In this document: positions 38,143 to 48,410 of the stretch, piece after piece
Layout of the letters: each line of letters begins with the position of its first letter
How positions within the stretch are numbered: position 1 is the stretch's first letter
DNA from: an uncultured Dialister sp.
GTDB lineage: Bacteria > Bacillota > Negativicutes > Veillonellales > Dialisteraceae
NCBI GenBank assembly: GCA_902462205.1
Contig: CABQAR010000003.1
Span: forward strand, 9,982 to 73,981
Direction: 5' to 3'
Length of the DNA: 64,000 nucleotides
Program-made: the position numbers and the translations under genes
The notes under the pieces: model-generated
The model's database searches: none
What the model was told of the DNA's origin: nothing
Seen by the model: only the letters and a program-made list of their open reading frames with translations

Positions 38143-38961
38143 ATGAAAGATGATCTGATGGAACAATGGTTGAAGGCCATGGGGAAATATGACCCGGATA
38201 AGAGAAGGAATTTTGATGATGCCATAGAGTATGAATTCTGGAAAAAGACAGCCCCGACATTTACGGAAAAAAATAATTTAAATGATGATACTTCACTGAT
38301 TGCCGACAGTATACTTTCTTTTGTGGACAGAGGCGCATCAGTTCTGGAAATAGGTCCCGGCAGTGGAAATTTCACGGTACTTCTGGCACAAAAAGCAGGG
38401 CGAGTATTCGGGATAGATTTTTCAGAGGCCATGCTGCGGGAATTGAGAACACGGGCGGAGAATCTACATATAGGCAATATCCGGAGCGTATGCGGTAAAT
38501 GGGAAGACTATCCATTGTACGAACGCTTTGATTACATTGTCAGTGTGAATTCACTATACCGTGTACAGGATATCCGTGGTGCCATCCATAAAATGAATAC
38601 CTATTCTTCCAAAGGGATCATCATAGTCCGTACCATACAACGGCCGTTTTTTTACGACTTGTATAAAAAGGCGGGGGCAGAGGCGAAAGAAAGAATAGAT
38701 TACCAGCTGTTGCCGCAATTTTTTTATGAGCAGGGAATGCATGCGGATATAAAATTTTTACGATATAAAAAGAAATGTATGTTTGACTCCATGGAAAGCA
38801 TCATGAGGGAAATGCAAAAAGACTTGGGCAAAGAATTTGAAAGAGTGGAAGGTTTGCTCAGACAAAAGATCGCATCGATGGCGCTCCCGTGCGGGGAAGG
38901 CATCTTGGTTTTCCAGCCGAGGGAAACGGTTGTTATATCGTATAAGAAAGAAAAGGATTGA
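38143..38961 (+). CDS. Class I SAM-dependent methyltransferase
   Basis: 'VLEIGPGSG', 'GIDFSEAML', 'GKWED', 'FDYIVS'. Confidence 0.88.
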   Translation: MKDDLMEQWLKAMGKYDPDKRRNFDDAIEYEFWKKTAPTFTEKNNLNDDTSLIADSILSFVDRGASVLEIGPGSGNFTVLLAQKAGRVFGIDFSEAMLRELRTRAENLHIGNIRSVCGKWEDYPLYERFDYIVSVNSLYRVQDIRGAIHKMNTYSSKGIIIVRTIQRPFFYDLYKKAGAEAKERIDYQLLPQFFYEQGMHADIKFLRYKKKCMFDSMESIMREMQKDLGKEFERVEGLLRQKIASMALPCGEGILVFQPRETVVISYKKEKD

Positions 38962-40526
38962 TTGTGAAAAAAATCATACGATTTGTTTTAATCGCTTTGC
39001 TGGCGGCGATATCGGGACTGGCTGCAGGGTGTTCCAGGGAAATACCCCGGGGGGAACGGGAAATAGTCCTTGCTGCGGCGAGAGATCTGGTTCCCGGAGA
39101 TAAAGATCCCTATTATGCGACTACGATATTAAAAGTGTGGGAACCACTCGTCGGCATTTCTGACGATGGCCATGAAATCCCCGTGCTGGCGACATCGTGG
39201 AACAGCAATCCGGATAAGACAGAATGGATTTTTTACCTGAAACGGAACGTTTGCTTTCAGGATGGGGAAGTATTCAATGCACCTGCAGCGGTTGAAAACT
39301 TTCATCGCTATCAGAATATGGGGTACCGGCCTTCTTCTTTTTATGGTTTTTTGGTAGACCGTATTTACCCGGGATTGATCAGAGCAGAGTCTGATGATGA
39401 ATATACCTTGCACTTATATTTTAAAAATCCGGTGCCGATGCTGATTTATCGCATGGCGGGCTGGGGAAGCGCCATGTTTAGTCCTAAAAGCTTTGATTCG
39501 TCCAATGGAAATTGGACAGGAGTTGCGCGCGGAACGGGACCGTTTAAGATTATGGAGCGCGTACCCGATTCATATGCGGTCATAGAACGCTTTGACGGGT
39601 ATCATGGAGAAAAAGCGAAAGCAAAACGTATACGTATACGGACCATCACATCTCCGGACACGCGATATTCAGCCATGAAGTCCGGAGAAATACAGGGGGT
39701 TCTCGATTTAGGGGGACTGGCGCCTATTATGGCGGAGGAGTTAGGACAAGACGGAAGATTCACGGTGAATTCTGCCCACTCTACCATTTCACATTATCTT
39801 ACCGTGAATGGAAGCCGGTTTCCTTTCAGTGATGAACGAATGCGCCATGCTGTCAATCTGGCGGTGGACAGAAAGAAAATTGTTAAATATTACTTTAGGG
39901 GCTTTGGAACGCCAACCCGGGGATTTCTAAATAGCACGAATCCTTTTGCAGAAGTGGAAGAGCCTGTTTATGCGCCGGATGAAGCGATACGTCTGGCAAA
40001 AGAGGTCTTGGGAGAAGAAAGGCGGACTATCAGATTCCTGCTTCCCCAATATGGAATGGCACGGTATCCTTATAAAGTGATTTCAGAATTTATACAGGCA
40101 GAATTAAAGCCATTGGGCCTCGATATGGAAATCATGATGGTGGATGGAATGACTTCAAGGAAAATCATGGCAAAAGGAGATTATGATCTTTCTATCGGTA
40201 CACGGGGACTGGGGAATCTAGATCCCACATCGCTTTTAGCAGAGTTTTTCTCTTCTGATGGATCAATCAATAAAGCAAACCATATTGGCTATTCAAACCC
40301 TTTGATAGATGAAAGCTTTAGAAAATTAAAGAATACCTATGATATGGAAGAAAGGAAGCAATTATATACGGCCATATTGGATGAGTTGCTCCACCATCCG
40401 GCGGTGATTCCTTTGCTGGAAGATCAGAATATAGCGGTCTGCAGCAGTGAACTGGAAGGTTATGATGCGGCCGTCTATGGGATTACCATAGACAAAGTGC
40501 ATTGGAAAGGAAATATGGGGAAATGA
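38958..40526 (+). CDS. ABC substrate-binding lipoprotein, family 5 (Opp/Nik/Cnt type)
   Basis: Lipobox LAAG-C; 'WEPLV', 'FQDGEVFNA', 'GTGPFK', 'RHAVNLAVDR'. Confidence 0.9.
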   Translation: MIVKKIIRFVLIALLAAISGLAAGCSREIPRGEREIVLAAARDLVPGDKDPYYATTILKVWEPLVGISDDGHEIPVLATSWNSNPDKTEWIFYLKRNVCFQDGEVFNAPAAVENFHRYQNMGYRPSSFYGFLVDRIYPGLIRAESDDEYTLHLYFKNPVPMLIYRMAGWGSAMFSPKSFDSSNGNWTGVARGTGPFKIMERVPDSYAVIERFDGYHGEKAKAKRIRIRTITSPDTRYSAMKSGEIQGVLDLGGLAPIMAEELGQDGRFTVNSAHSTISHYLTVNGSRFPFSDERMRHAVNLAVDRKKIVKYYFRGFGTPTRGFLNSTNPFAEVEEPVYAPDEAIRLAKEVLGEERRTIRFLLPQYGMARYPYKVISEFIQAELKPLGLDMEIMMVDGMTSRKIMAKGDYDLSIGTRGLGNLDPTSLLAEFFSSDGSINKANHIGYSNPLIDESFRKLKNTYDMEERKQLYTAILDELLHHPAVIPLLEDQNIAVCSSELEGYDAAVYGITIDKVHWKGNMGK

Positions 40527-41473
40527 AGGATTTTATCATATATGCCGGACGCCGGTTTCTTCTGCTCATCCCCTTTTTAGTAGGGATTACGGTCCTGTCC
40601 TTTCTGTTGGGCATCTTTTCTCCCGGGGATCCGGCATTGGCAGTCCTCACCATGGATGGCAGTTCAGAACCTACACTGGAAGAATTAAATGCCCTCCGGC
40701 ATGAAATGGGGCTTGATCAGCCGATTTGGGCACAATATGGAATTTGGCTGTTTCATGCGGTGCAGGGAAATCTTGGCATATCTTATCTTACGCAAAAGCC
40801 CGTGCTGGATGAGCTTCTGCGGAGGTTCCCTATTACTCTCCATTTGGCAGTATGGTCCATTGGCTGGGTACTGAGCTTGGGGATATCGATTGGTATTTGG
40901 GCTGCCCGCCATAAAGATACGATGACTGAATTATTTGCCAGAATAGGGCTCCTTATCTTCCTTTCAGTGCCGTCATTTTGGCTGGCAATCATTTTCATGC
41001 TACTTTTCTCGGAGGAATGGAGGATTCTTCCTTCCAGTGGATACGGAAGCTTCCCGCAGATGGTTATGCCGTCTTTCGTGCTTGCCGCCGGAACGGTTGC
41101 AGCGGTTGCCAGGCTTCAGCAGACAACCATGCTGGAGGTCATGGAAAAGGATTTCATAATTACTGAAAAAGCGAAAGGCATACCCTTGTCTACAATCATA
41201 AGGCGGCATGCATTTCCCAATTCATTAATCCCCGTCATAACGATGATGGGAACGTATTTTGGAGCCATTCTCGGCGGATCTGTCATTATTGAAGACATGT
41301 TTTCCATTCCGGGGCTGGGAAGCTATGTGCTGTCGGCTATATGGGGAAGAGACTATCCAGTGATACAGGGGTATGTAATTGTAAGCGGAACGGTATTCCT
41401 GACGTTTAATTACTTTGTTGATGTGGCCTGCTATCTTTTGAATCCAATGGTACGAAAAGGGAATGGCTTATGA
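40523..41473 (+). CDS. ABC permease (OppB/NikB type)
   Basis: 'PGDPA', 'GLDQPI..QY', 'KAKG', 'RDYPVIQG'. Confidence 0.92.
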   Translation: MKDFIIYAGRRFLLLIPFLVGITVLSFLLGIFSPGDPALAVLTMDGSSEPTLEELNALRHEMGLDQPIWAQYGIWLFHAVQGNLGISYLTQKPVLDELLRRFPITLHLAVWSIGWVLSLGISIGIWAARHKDTMTELFARIGLLIFLSVPSFWLAIIFMLLFSEEWRILPSSGYGSFPQMVMPSFVLAAGTVAAVARLQQTTMLEVMEKDFIITEKAKGIPLSTIIRRHAFPNSLIPVITMMGTYFGAILGGSVIIEDMFSIPGLGSYVLSAIWGRDYPVIQGYVIVSGTVFLTFNYFVDVACYLLNPMVRKGNGL

Positions 41474-42309
41474 AGAAGACGCTTAGACCGATTACTCTTA
41501 TATATATCGCAGCAGCCATAGTTATTGCAGTGACCATATTCTGTGCCATATTCGCACCATGGATTGTCCCCTATGATCCGACATCGGTGACACCGGATGA
41601 GATATTGGAATATAGTTCATCAGCGCATTGGCTTGGTACGGATGCATTGGGACGGGATATTTTGTCAAGAGTCGTTTATGGAGCACGGTCTTCCGTGATC
41701 TTTGCCGTCGCCGCCGCCTTCTGTACCATGGTGGTGGGATTGGCATTGGGTGTGGCAGGTGGATATTTCGGCGGGCTATTAGATAAAGCTATCCAGTGTC
41801 TGATTGCTGTATTTCAAGGTCTGCCGGGGACGAGCCTCATGATTGCCATCGCCGCCATACTGCCTGAAAATAATGCCCGCATCATTATTGCCCTTACCCT
41901 AACCTCATGGACGGGTTTTTCCCGTATTGTCAGGAATGAGGTTCGCCGTATTAAGGGGGAGATCTACATGGAAGGGATACGGAGTCTTGGGGGGGATCAT
42001 TCGTATATTATATGGAAATACGTAATACCTAATGTGCTGCCGGTGATTATCGTGCTTTTTACATTGAGGACAGGAACATCGTTGCTTTCCGCCTCCGCTT
42101 TGTCTTATTTAGGCCTTGGCGTTTCACCTCCTACGGCAGACTGGGGCGTTATGATCAGTGATGCGAGAACTTATTTTCGCTCATATCCGCTTATGATTCT
42201 TGCGCCGGGAGCAGGAATCACCCTGTTTTGCCTCTCCATCAACCTCATTGGAGATGCGCTCCGTGATTACTTGCAAATAAAGAAACCGCCCATGGAAAAA
42301 GGTGAATAA
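41470..42309 (+). CDS. ABC permease (OppC/NikC type)
   Basis: 'HWLGTDALGRDILSRVVYGAR', 'LSYLGLG..PP.ADWG', 'NLIGDALRD'. Confidence 0.92.
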   Translation: MKKTLRPITLIYIAAAIVIAVTIFCAIFAPWIVPYDPTSVTPDEILEYSSSAHWLGTDALGRDILSRVVYGARSSVIFAVAAAFCTMVVGLALGVAGGYFGGLLDKAIQCLIAVFQGLPGTSLMIAIAAILPENNARIIIALTLTSWTGFSRIVRNEVRRIKGEIYMEGIRSLGGDHSYIIWKYVIPNVLPVIIVLFTLRTGTSLLSASALSYLGLGVSPPTADWGVMISDARTYFRSYPLMILAPGAGITLFCLSINLIGDALRDYLQIKKPPMEKGE

Positions 42310-43972
42310 AGATATGGATATACAGGTGAAACATCTATCGGTTTCTTTTCCTGATGAAGGGAAAAGAATTACCGTCCTTCGGGATGCCAATATAAATATC
42401 AAGTGCGGAAAAATCACAGCTGTCGTTGGCGAATCGGGAAGCGGAAAATCCATTTTGGGCGGAGCCATCATAGGATTACTGGATAAGACAGCCGATGTCT
42501 CGGGAGAGGTCGTGTTGGGAGAAACAGACCTATTGGAGCTGGATGAAGAAGAGATGAACGGGATTAGGGGGGAACGGATTGGCTGGATTGCACAGGATCC
42601 GATTTCTGCCATGAACCCCATGATGAAGGTAGGGAGTCAGTTGGTCGAAGGAGTTTGCTTCCATGGGCATAAAACAGAAAAAGAGGAAAAAGAAACCGGA
42701 CTGAAGCAATTAGTATCGTACGGGCTTAAACAGGCAGAAAGCATATGGAATGATTATCCATACCAGTTATCCGGAGGGATGGCACAGAGAGTATTAACTG
42801 CAATGATGACATTTCCGCGGCCGGAATGGGTGATTGCCGATGAGCCGACCAAAGGGTTGGATGCCTTTGTGCGTCAGCAGGTGGCAGATGCTTTTCGCAA
42901 TTTGAAGGATCAAGGCATAGGAATTCTTCTGGTTACGCATGATTTGCGACTGGCAGAAAGGATTTCGGATTTTACGGCGGTCATGCGTTCAGGGAGTATT
43001 GTCGAATTCGGGGACACGAGTGATATATTTAAAAATCCTGCGCATCCGTATACTGTTAAATTGTTGGCGGCGATGCCTAAGAAAATAGATTGGGAACAGA
43101 ACACATCAAAGAACGAAATCTTTTATCGAAATACAAGGGAAGATCATAGTATCGCCTGTGAGGAATCAGGAGGCGGGGAGAGCGATTCTTTAAAAAAACA
43201 GGAAATCCAGCCGTTGCTTTCCGTAGAACATTTGACCAAGTCTTTTGACAGCGGAATGATCAAAAAACATCGAAAGCCAATACTCCATGATGTTTCCTTT
43301 ACCATAATGGAAGGCGAAACTGTCGGACTGACAGGAGCCAGCGGAGCAGGAAAGTCCACCATATCACGCATCATCATGCAATTGATGAAGCCGGAAACAG
43401 GGAAAATAATTTTTGATGGATGTGACATGGCGGAGATGTCCGGACAAGAGCTTATTCAAAAACGGCAGAAGATGCAGATGCTTTTTCAGAATCCGCAAGC
43501 ATCCTTGAATCCCCGGATGAAAATAAGGGAATCTATGGAGGAACCGGTGCGGATCCATAAGGCTCCGGTTAATTGTGATAAGGAGATACCGGAAATCATG
43601 GATAAACTTCACCTGAAGATGGATCTTCTGAACAGGTATCCCCACCAGCTTTCCGGCGGAGAAATACAGAGAATATGTCTGGGAAGGCTTCTCCTGCTAA
43701 AACCGAAGCTGTTGATTCTTGATGAGCCGACATCCATGCTTGATGTTTCCGTGCAGGCTGAAATAATGGGGATTCTTTCCGATATACAAAGAGAGCGGAA
43801 AATGTCCTATCTTTTTATTTCCCATGATCTGGAACTGCTTGGATCATGTGCGCATCGTATTGGGATACTGGAGAGAGGGAAACTGGTTGAATTTGCTGAT
43901 GTGGACAAAATATACAGATACCCTTCTCATGAATATACGGAAAGATTACTTTCTGCTTTTACCAGTTTTTAG
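42302..43972 (+). CDS. Fused double ABC ATPase (OppD-OppF / NikD-NikE type)
   Basis: Two nucleotide-binding domains: GESGSGKS/LSGGMAQR and GASGAGKS/LSGGEIQR. Confidence 0.92.
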   Translation: MNKDMDIQVKHLSVSFPDEGKRITVLRDANINIKCGKITAVVGESGSGKSILGGAIIGLLDKTADVSGEVVLGETDLLELDEEEMNGIRGERIGWIAQDPISAMNPMMKVGSQLVEGVCFHGHKTEKEEKETGLKQLVSYGLKQAESIWNDYPYQLSGGMAQRVLTAMMTFPRPEWVIADEPTKGLDAFVRQQVADAFRNLKDQGIGILLVTHDLRLAERISDFTAVMRSGSIVEFGDTSDIFKNPAHPYTVKLLAAMPKKIDWEQNTSKNEIFYRNTREDHSIACEESGGGESDSLKKQEIQPLLSVEHLTKSFDSGMIKKHRKPILHDVSFTIMEGETVGLTGASGAGKSTISRIIMQLMKPETGKIIFDGCDMAEMSGQELIQKRQKMQMLFQNPQASLNPRMKIRESMEEPVRIHKAPVNCDKEIPEIMDKLHLKMDLLNRYPHQLSGGEIQRICLGRLLLLKPKLLILDEPTSMLDVSVQAEIMGILSDIQRERKMSYLFISHDLELLGSCAHRIGILERGKLVEFADVDKIYRYPSHEYTERLLSAFTSF

Positions 43973-44070
43973 GGATAAATTAAGGTGAACATACCGTGTG
44001 GAGGTAGTTGGGGTAAAAATCTTAATAAATCAATATATTTTATTTTTTTCAGAAGAGAGGAGATTATGTA

Positions 44071-46242
44071 ATGAAAGGTAAAAAGTTGGCAGCTGCATTG
44101 GTATCGATGATGGCGATTGCCGGGGTTGGGGGAGTTCACGCTGATGCGGTGTATCAGATGGATGAGGTTTTGGTGACGGCAGATCGAGAAGGGGATGTCG
44201 TCACATTGCCGGGAGGCCTTGTGAATGAAACTGCTAAATTGGGTATCTTAGGAAATAAAAGCGTTATGGATATTCCTTACTCAGAAATGAGCATGACTTC
44301 CAAAACATTAGAGACTTTTGATGACCCGTCCCAGCCCATCGCAAATACTCTGCAAAATAATCCGTCCATCAGGTCAAGCACATCATCACCGATGTATACG
44401 GATTTCTCCATGCGCGGGATCAACATGAATGGAAACCATATCATGCTGAATGGGATTCCAAGCCTGTTTTATCAGTTTAATGGCCCTGTTTCCCATGTCA
44501 TTGAACGCATGGATATTACTTCCGGCCCTAATGCGGCGGTAAACGGTGTCAGCATGTCAAATAATGGAACGAACAGCGGTGCCACTCCTGCGCCAGGGAC
44601 AATCAATGTTGTTACAAAAAAAGCAGGGAAAGAACCAATTACAAATTATACCCAGACATTTTCCGGCAGGAGCAATTTAGGAGAGTTTATCGACGTGGGA
44701 CGCAGGATCGGTGCCGATGGCGAATGGGGCGTCCGGATCATGGGGGAATACATGACCGGTGATTTGTCGCTGAAAAATGCAGAAAAAGAAGAAAAGAATA
44801 TCTTTGTCAATTTGGACAGAAAAGGGAAGACCTCTATTACGAATATTTTTACAGGAGCTTTTGATCTTCGGGTGAATAAAGGCCAGCGATGGTTTACCTA
44901 TGGAGGGAAATCAGACAGGCTTCCATCAGCCCCTGATTCCAATACGGATTATGATTTTGATGGGACGGCGAAATGGATGCATGGTTGGGTAATGACGATC
45001 AACCATGAAAAGGAGTTAAATGAAAATTGGAGCTGGTTTACAAATTGGGGAGTCAATAGAAGAAGCGGTAATAAATACAATTCCAGTTCGGCATTGAATT
45101 TTGATGAAAAAGGCAATTTCACGAGCAGTAATGTGTCAAACGCACAGAATGAAATAGGGACGAATGCTTATTTCCAAACCGGGATCAGAGGGAAATTGCA
45201 TACCGGAGCCGTTGAGCATGATTTATCATTGGCGTTTGACCGGGCATGGGCAAAATATTGGAATAATACCAATAATAGTTCGAAAGGGAATATTATAGGG
45301 GGACTGTACGATGGCGTCGCCTATAAAGATACCTTCTATATTCCTGAATTGAAAAAGGCCAAGCTCTCCTGGTCAGAAATAAATACGGGAATCACGATTG
45401 CTGATGATTTGAAATACAAAAACTGGGATTTTCTGGTGGCATTTTCCAGAAAGCATGAACATTTCGTGAATGAAACGAATGGGCAGCTGATAAAGAATAA
45501 CGACTGGCTTCCGACATTCGGAATCACATACCGTGCAAATGACAGATTATCAATATACGCAGGGCAGACGGAAAGCGTATCCCGTGGCGGCGTTGTTTCT
45601 AATGACGATAAATATATCAATAAGGGGGAAACCCTGGCGCCTTCTGTCAGCAAGCAAAAAGAAATCGGTGTCAAATATAAGACTGGGGGATTACTCACCA
45701 CACTGAGTTATTTTTATATAGATCAGGAAAGCCTTCTTGATATTGATGTCGGTGGAGGCATGTATCGCCGTGCTGCTGACGGAAGAGATAAATTAAAGGG
45801 CGTTGAATGGACGGTCAATGGGAAATTGTTACCCAAACTGTCTGTAACCGGCGGCTTGATGTATCTCGATGCGAAGCGTGATAAAACACAGGGGGGAAAA
45901 AATGATGGCCGTTTTGTAAATGGAGTGGCAGACTGGAGCGGAGTTCTTGGACTCGTTTATGAGCCTAATAGCAGATTGGGGCTCATAGGCCGCATGGTTT
46001 GGTGCGGGAATGCATTTATTGATAACGCAAAAGCGCCTTCCGGCAAAACGGAAATCCCTTCTTATACCACGTTTGATTTAGGGGTGAATTACAAATTGAA
46101 TATAGGGAATACCCCGGTTTCACTGAGCGCCATGTGCTATAACGTGACCAATAAGGACTATTGGATGGGAAGAGGCAGCTCAACGACATTCGGCCTTTCT
46201 ATGCCAAGAACGTTCATGCTTTCTGCCAGATTTGAATTTTAA
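44071..46242 (+). CDS. TonB-dependent outer-membrane receptor (paralog of 35919-38075)
   Basis: Signal peptide, 'MDEVLVTA', 'FSMRG', 'DITSGP', C-terminal 'PRTFMLSARFEF'. Confidence 0.9.
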   Translation: MKGKKLAAALVSMMAIAGVGGVHADAVYQMDEVLVTADREGDVVTLPGGLVNETAKLGILGNKSVMDIPYSEMSMTSKTLETFDDPSQPIANTLQNNPSIRSSTSSPMYTDFSMRGINMNGNHIMLNGIPSLFYQFNGPVSHVIERMDITSGPNAAVNGVSMSNNGTNSGATPAPGTINVVTKKAGKEPITNYTQTFSGRSNLGEFIDVGRRIGADGEWGVRIMGEYMTGDLSLKNAEKEEKNIFVNLDRKGKTSITNIFTGAFDLRVNKGQRWFTYGGKSDRLPSAPDSNTDYDFDGTAKWMHGWVMTINHEKELNENWSWFTNWGVNRRSGNKYNSSSALNFDEKGNFTSSNVSNAQNEIGTNAYFQTGIRGKLHTGAVEHDLSLAFDRAWAKYWNNTNNSSKGNIIGGLYDGVAYKDTFYIPELKKAKLSWSEINTGITIADDLKYKNWDFLVAFSRKHEHFVNETNGQLIKNNDWLPTFGITYRANDRLSIYAGQTESVSRGGVVSNDDKYINKGETLAPSVSKQKEIGVKYKTGGLLTTLSYFYIDQESLLDIDVGGGMYRRAADGRDKLKGVEWTVNGKLLPKLSVTGGLMYLDAKRDKTQGGKNDGRFVNGVADWSGVLGLVYEPNSRLGLIGRMVWCGNAFIDNAKAPSGKTEIPSYTTFDLGVNYKLNIGNTPVSLSAMCYNVTNKDYWMGRGSSTTFGLSMPRTFMLSARFEF

Positions 46243-46251
46243 TGACATTGA

Positions 46252-46292
46252 GCAATATAAAGGAGGACAATTAAGTCCTCTTTTTATATTGC
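46252..46292 (+). terminator. Terminator closing the TonB/ABC operon
   Basis: GCAATATAAAGGAGGAC/GTCCTCTTTTTATATTGC inverted repeat. Confidence 0.7.
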
Positions 46293-46557
46293 GATAGAAG
46301 AAATAAATCGTTTTATGGGGCAGGTTATAAAGCATTAAGAAAATAAACAGGTGAGAATTATTTGAGTGGTGTTGAGATATTTTTATGGAAATACAATGTT
46401 TCTGTCGAAAGTAAAGGATAGGGAAATGAAGACAAGGGCAGAGCGTAAAGCAGGTTATCCGGGAAATAGTGAAATTGCATAAAAATCATAAAAATTTGAA
46501 TAAAATAGATAATTCATGTATAATAAATCCAGTTTGAGCCTATATGGTTTCTAAGAA

Positions 46558-46974
46558 ATGGAGGATGGGATGGAAGCGGGAATCGTTTGTCCGGTGAGAG
46601 AAAAAATCGGCAGGAAAAGGAAAGGTTTCATGCTGATCGAGATGCTTCTGGTGGTGGCAGTTTTAGGGATACTGGCTGCCGTGGCCGTACCTAACTTTAT
46701 CGGAATGACTGATGAAGCAAAGGCGGCAAGGATACAGGCTGATCTGTCAACGATCGGTTCAGCGGTGGAAATATATTATGTGAAGCATGGAAATTATCCG
46801 GCAGCGATTGCAGACATGGTGGATGCGGAAGGGAAAGAAGGATTTCTTCGGAATGAGCCGAAACCTCCCGTGGATGGCGGCGTTTATTCGTTGAATGCGA
46901 CAACGGGAGAAGCGACATACTCCTTCAAGGGGACAACCTATTCCTCTTTTGGAAAGACGGAGAAGAACGGTTAA
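46558..46974 (+). CDS. Major type IV pilin / pseudopilin (ComGC/PulG-like)
   Basis: Class III signal KRKG|FMLIEMLLVVAVLGILAAVAVP; 'YYVKHGNYP'. Confidence 0.9.
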   Translation: MEDGMEAGIVCPVREKIGRKRKGFMLIEMLLVVAVLGILAAVAVPNFIGMTDEAKAARIQADLSTIGSAVEIYYVKHGNYPAAIADMVDAEGKEGFLRNEPKPPVDGGVYSLNATTGEATYSFKGTTYSSFGKTEKNG

Positions 46975-47013
46975 GCTATAAAAGCATGGTGGGATAACAG
47001 ACAGGAGAGGCAG

Positions 47014-47586
47014 ATGGTACCGGGATTAAAGACTGAGACGCTTTCAGAAGGGCTTCGTCACCGGGATTTTCTTTCTTCTCCTGTTTTTTGGTGCCTTATT
47101 GCGTCGTGTGGTGCGTTTCTTTTTCTCTGCCTGCCGGTGCTTTCTCTTTCGTTTTTTCTTGCCGGAGCGGCATGGGAGGATTATAGAACGGGATATGTGT
47201 CAGATGGGTGGAGCATCCTTCTTGTTCTTGGCGGAATGGCCCATGGTCTGCGGACTGATCATCTTATAGAAAGTTTTTTGGCTGTCTTTGTCGTCCTTGC
47301 GATTTACGGGACGATCTTTTTTATTGCAAGAAACAGCATGGGGACGGGGGATATCGTTTTGGCTGCTTCCGTTTCCGTGTGGCTGGAACCGCTGTCTGCC
47401 GTTGTCTTCGTATGGATCGCCGCCGCTTCCGCCTCCGTGGCGGGCATCATGATGATTCTGGCAGGGCGTGGATCACGGCAATCATCGATTCCGTTCTGTC
47501 CGTTCATCGCGATAGGAGGTGTCATCGCTTATGCTCTCCGTCCGATGTATCTGCCAATCCTCACGGCATGGCTATATCCTGCTTGA
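47014..47586 (+). CDS. Prepilin peptidase (A24), peptidase domain only
   Basis: Catalytic aspartates in 'WEDYRTG' and 'MGTGDIVL'; 'IPFCPFI'; no N-terminal CxxC Zn domain. Confidence 0.85.
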   Translation: MVPGLKTETLSEGLRHRDFLSSPVFWCLIASCGAFLFLCLPVLSLSFFLAGAAWEDYRTGYVSDGWSILLVLGGMAHGLRTDHLIESFLAVFVVLAIYGTIFFIARNSMGTGDIVLAASVSVWLEPLSAVVFVWIAAASASVAGIMMILAGRGSRQSSIPFCPFIAIGGVIAYALRPMYLPILTAWLYPA

Positions 47587-48019
47587 AACATTGGTTGCCG
47601 TACTCATTTTCTCATTGGCTGCCTTTGCCTTGGTTCCTTCTTATCGGAACTGGCAAAAGGAAAAAGAGCTGGAAATGGCGGCGGAGGAAGTGGCGGCGGC
47701 CATCCGTCAGGTGGAAGTACAGGCCAAAAGTGATATAGATGCAGGTCTTTTGCCTGCGTCAGGTCTGTATTTCATCTGTGAAACGAAAGCAGATGGGAAT
47801 GTTAAGTATCATACAAGGTATGGTGTGGAAAATATTAATCCGAAAGGAAGTCTTCCAGATGGAATATGTCTGGAAGCAGGGAACGTGACTATGAGGTTCA
47901 GGAAAGATACGTTTGCCGGAACCGGAGAAACTTATAATGTGGCACTGAAAACGAAGGATGGCAAATACAGGAGAATTGTAACTGTAGCCATGTATACAGG
48001 GCGTGTGAGAATTAAATGA
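47519..48019 (+). CDS. Minor pilin (ComGD/FimT-like)
   Basis: RHG|YILLETLVAVLIF; C-terminal 'TGRVRIK'; exact start uncertain. Confidence 0.8.
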   Translation: MSSLMLSVRCICQSSRHGYILLETLVAVLIFSLAAFALVPSYRNWQKEKELEMAAEEVAAAIRQVEVQAKSDIDAGLLPASGLYFICETKADGNVKYHTRYGVENINPKGSLPDGICLEAGNVTMRFRKDTFAGTGETYNVALKTKDGKYRRIVTVAMYTGRVRIK

Positions 48020-48029
48020 CAGGTAGCGG

Positions 48030-48410
48030 ATGAGGAAAATGATAAGAAAGCGCAGCGGGTTTGTCCTGCTCTGGGCGGTATCGGCGGTGAGCGTGGTGCT
48101 TCTTTTGGGAAGTACGGCGTTTTTTGCGTTGCGTACGGCGGTCAGGTATGAAACGGATACGGAAATTGCGACGGATGAAGTATTTCTGGCGCAGCAGGTG
48201 CTGGAAACCGTGAAATATAACCACCGTTTTCATGAAGCGGTGGATTTTCCTTCCGGAACCGTCGTCCGTAACGGAAGGGAGTATCAGGTGGAGATCCGCG
48301 AGGAGGGCATGGTATTGGAATCGGTGACCATGAAGAAAATCATCTGCACGGTGCAGGAAAAGCGCGGACGGCGGTTCGAAGCATCTTTGCTGCTGGGAGG
48401 AGGCGCATGA
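48030..48410 (+). CDS. Minor pilin-like protein
   Basis: RSG|FVLLWAV followed by a hydrophobic helix (Trp at position 5). Confidence 0.75.
   Translation: MRKMIRKRSGFVLLWAVSAVSVVLLLGSTAFFALRTAVRYETDTEIATDEVFLAQQVLETVKYNHRFHEAVDFPSGTVVRNGREYQVEIREEGMVLESVTMKKIICTVQEKRGRRFEASLLLGGGA

Noticed and set aside
38143..38961. CntL (nicotianamine synthase-like) metallophore synthase
   Set aside because: Motifs are those of an ordinary class I methyltransferase, and there is no CntM, CntK or exporter gene in the block.
35583..46500. Integrative mobile element boundaries for the TonB block
   Set aside because: No integrase, transposase, tRNA target or flanking direct repeats were seen; only base composition suggests foreign origin.
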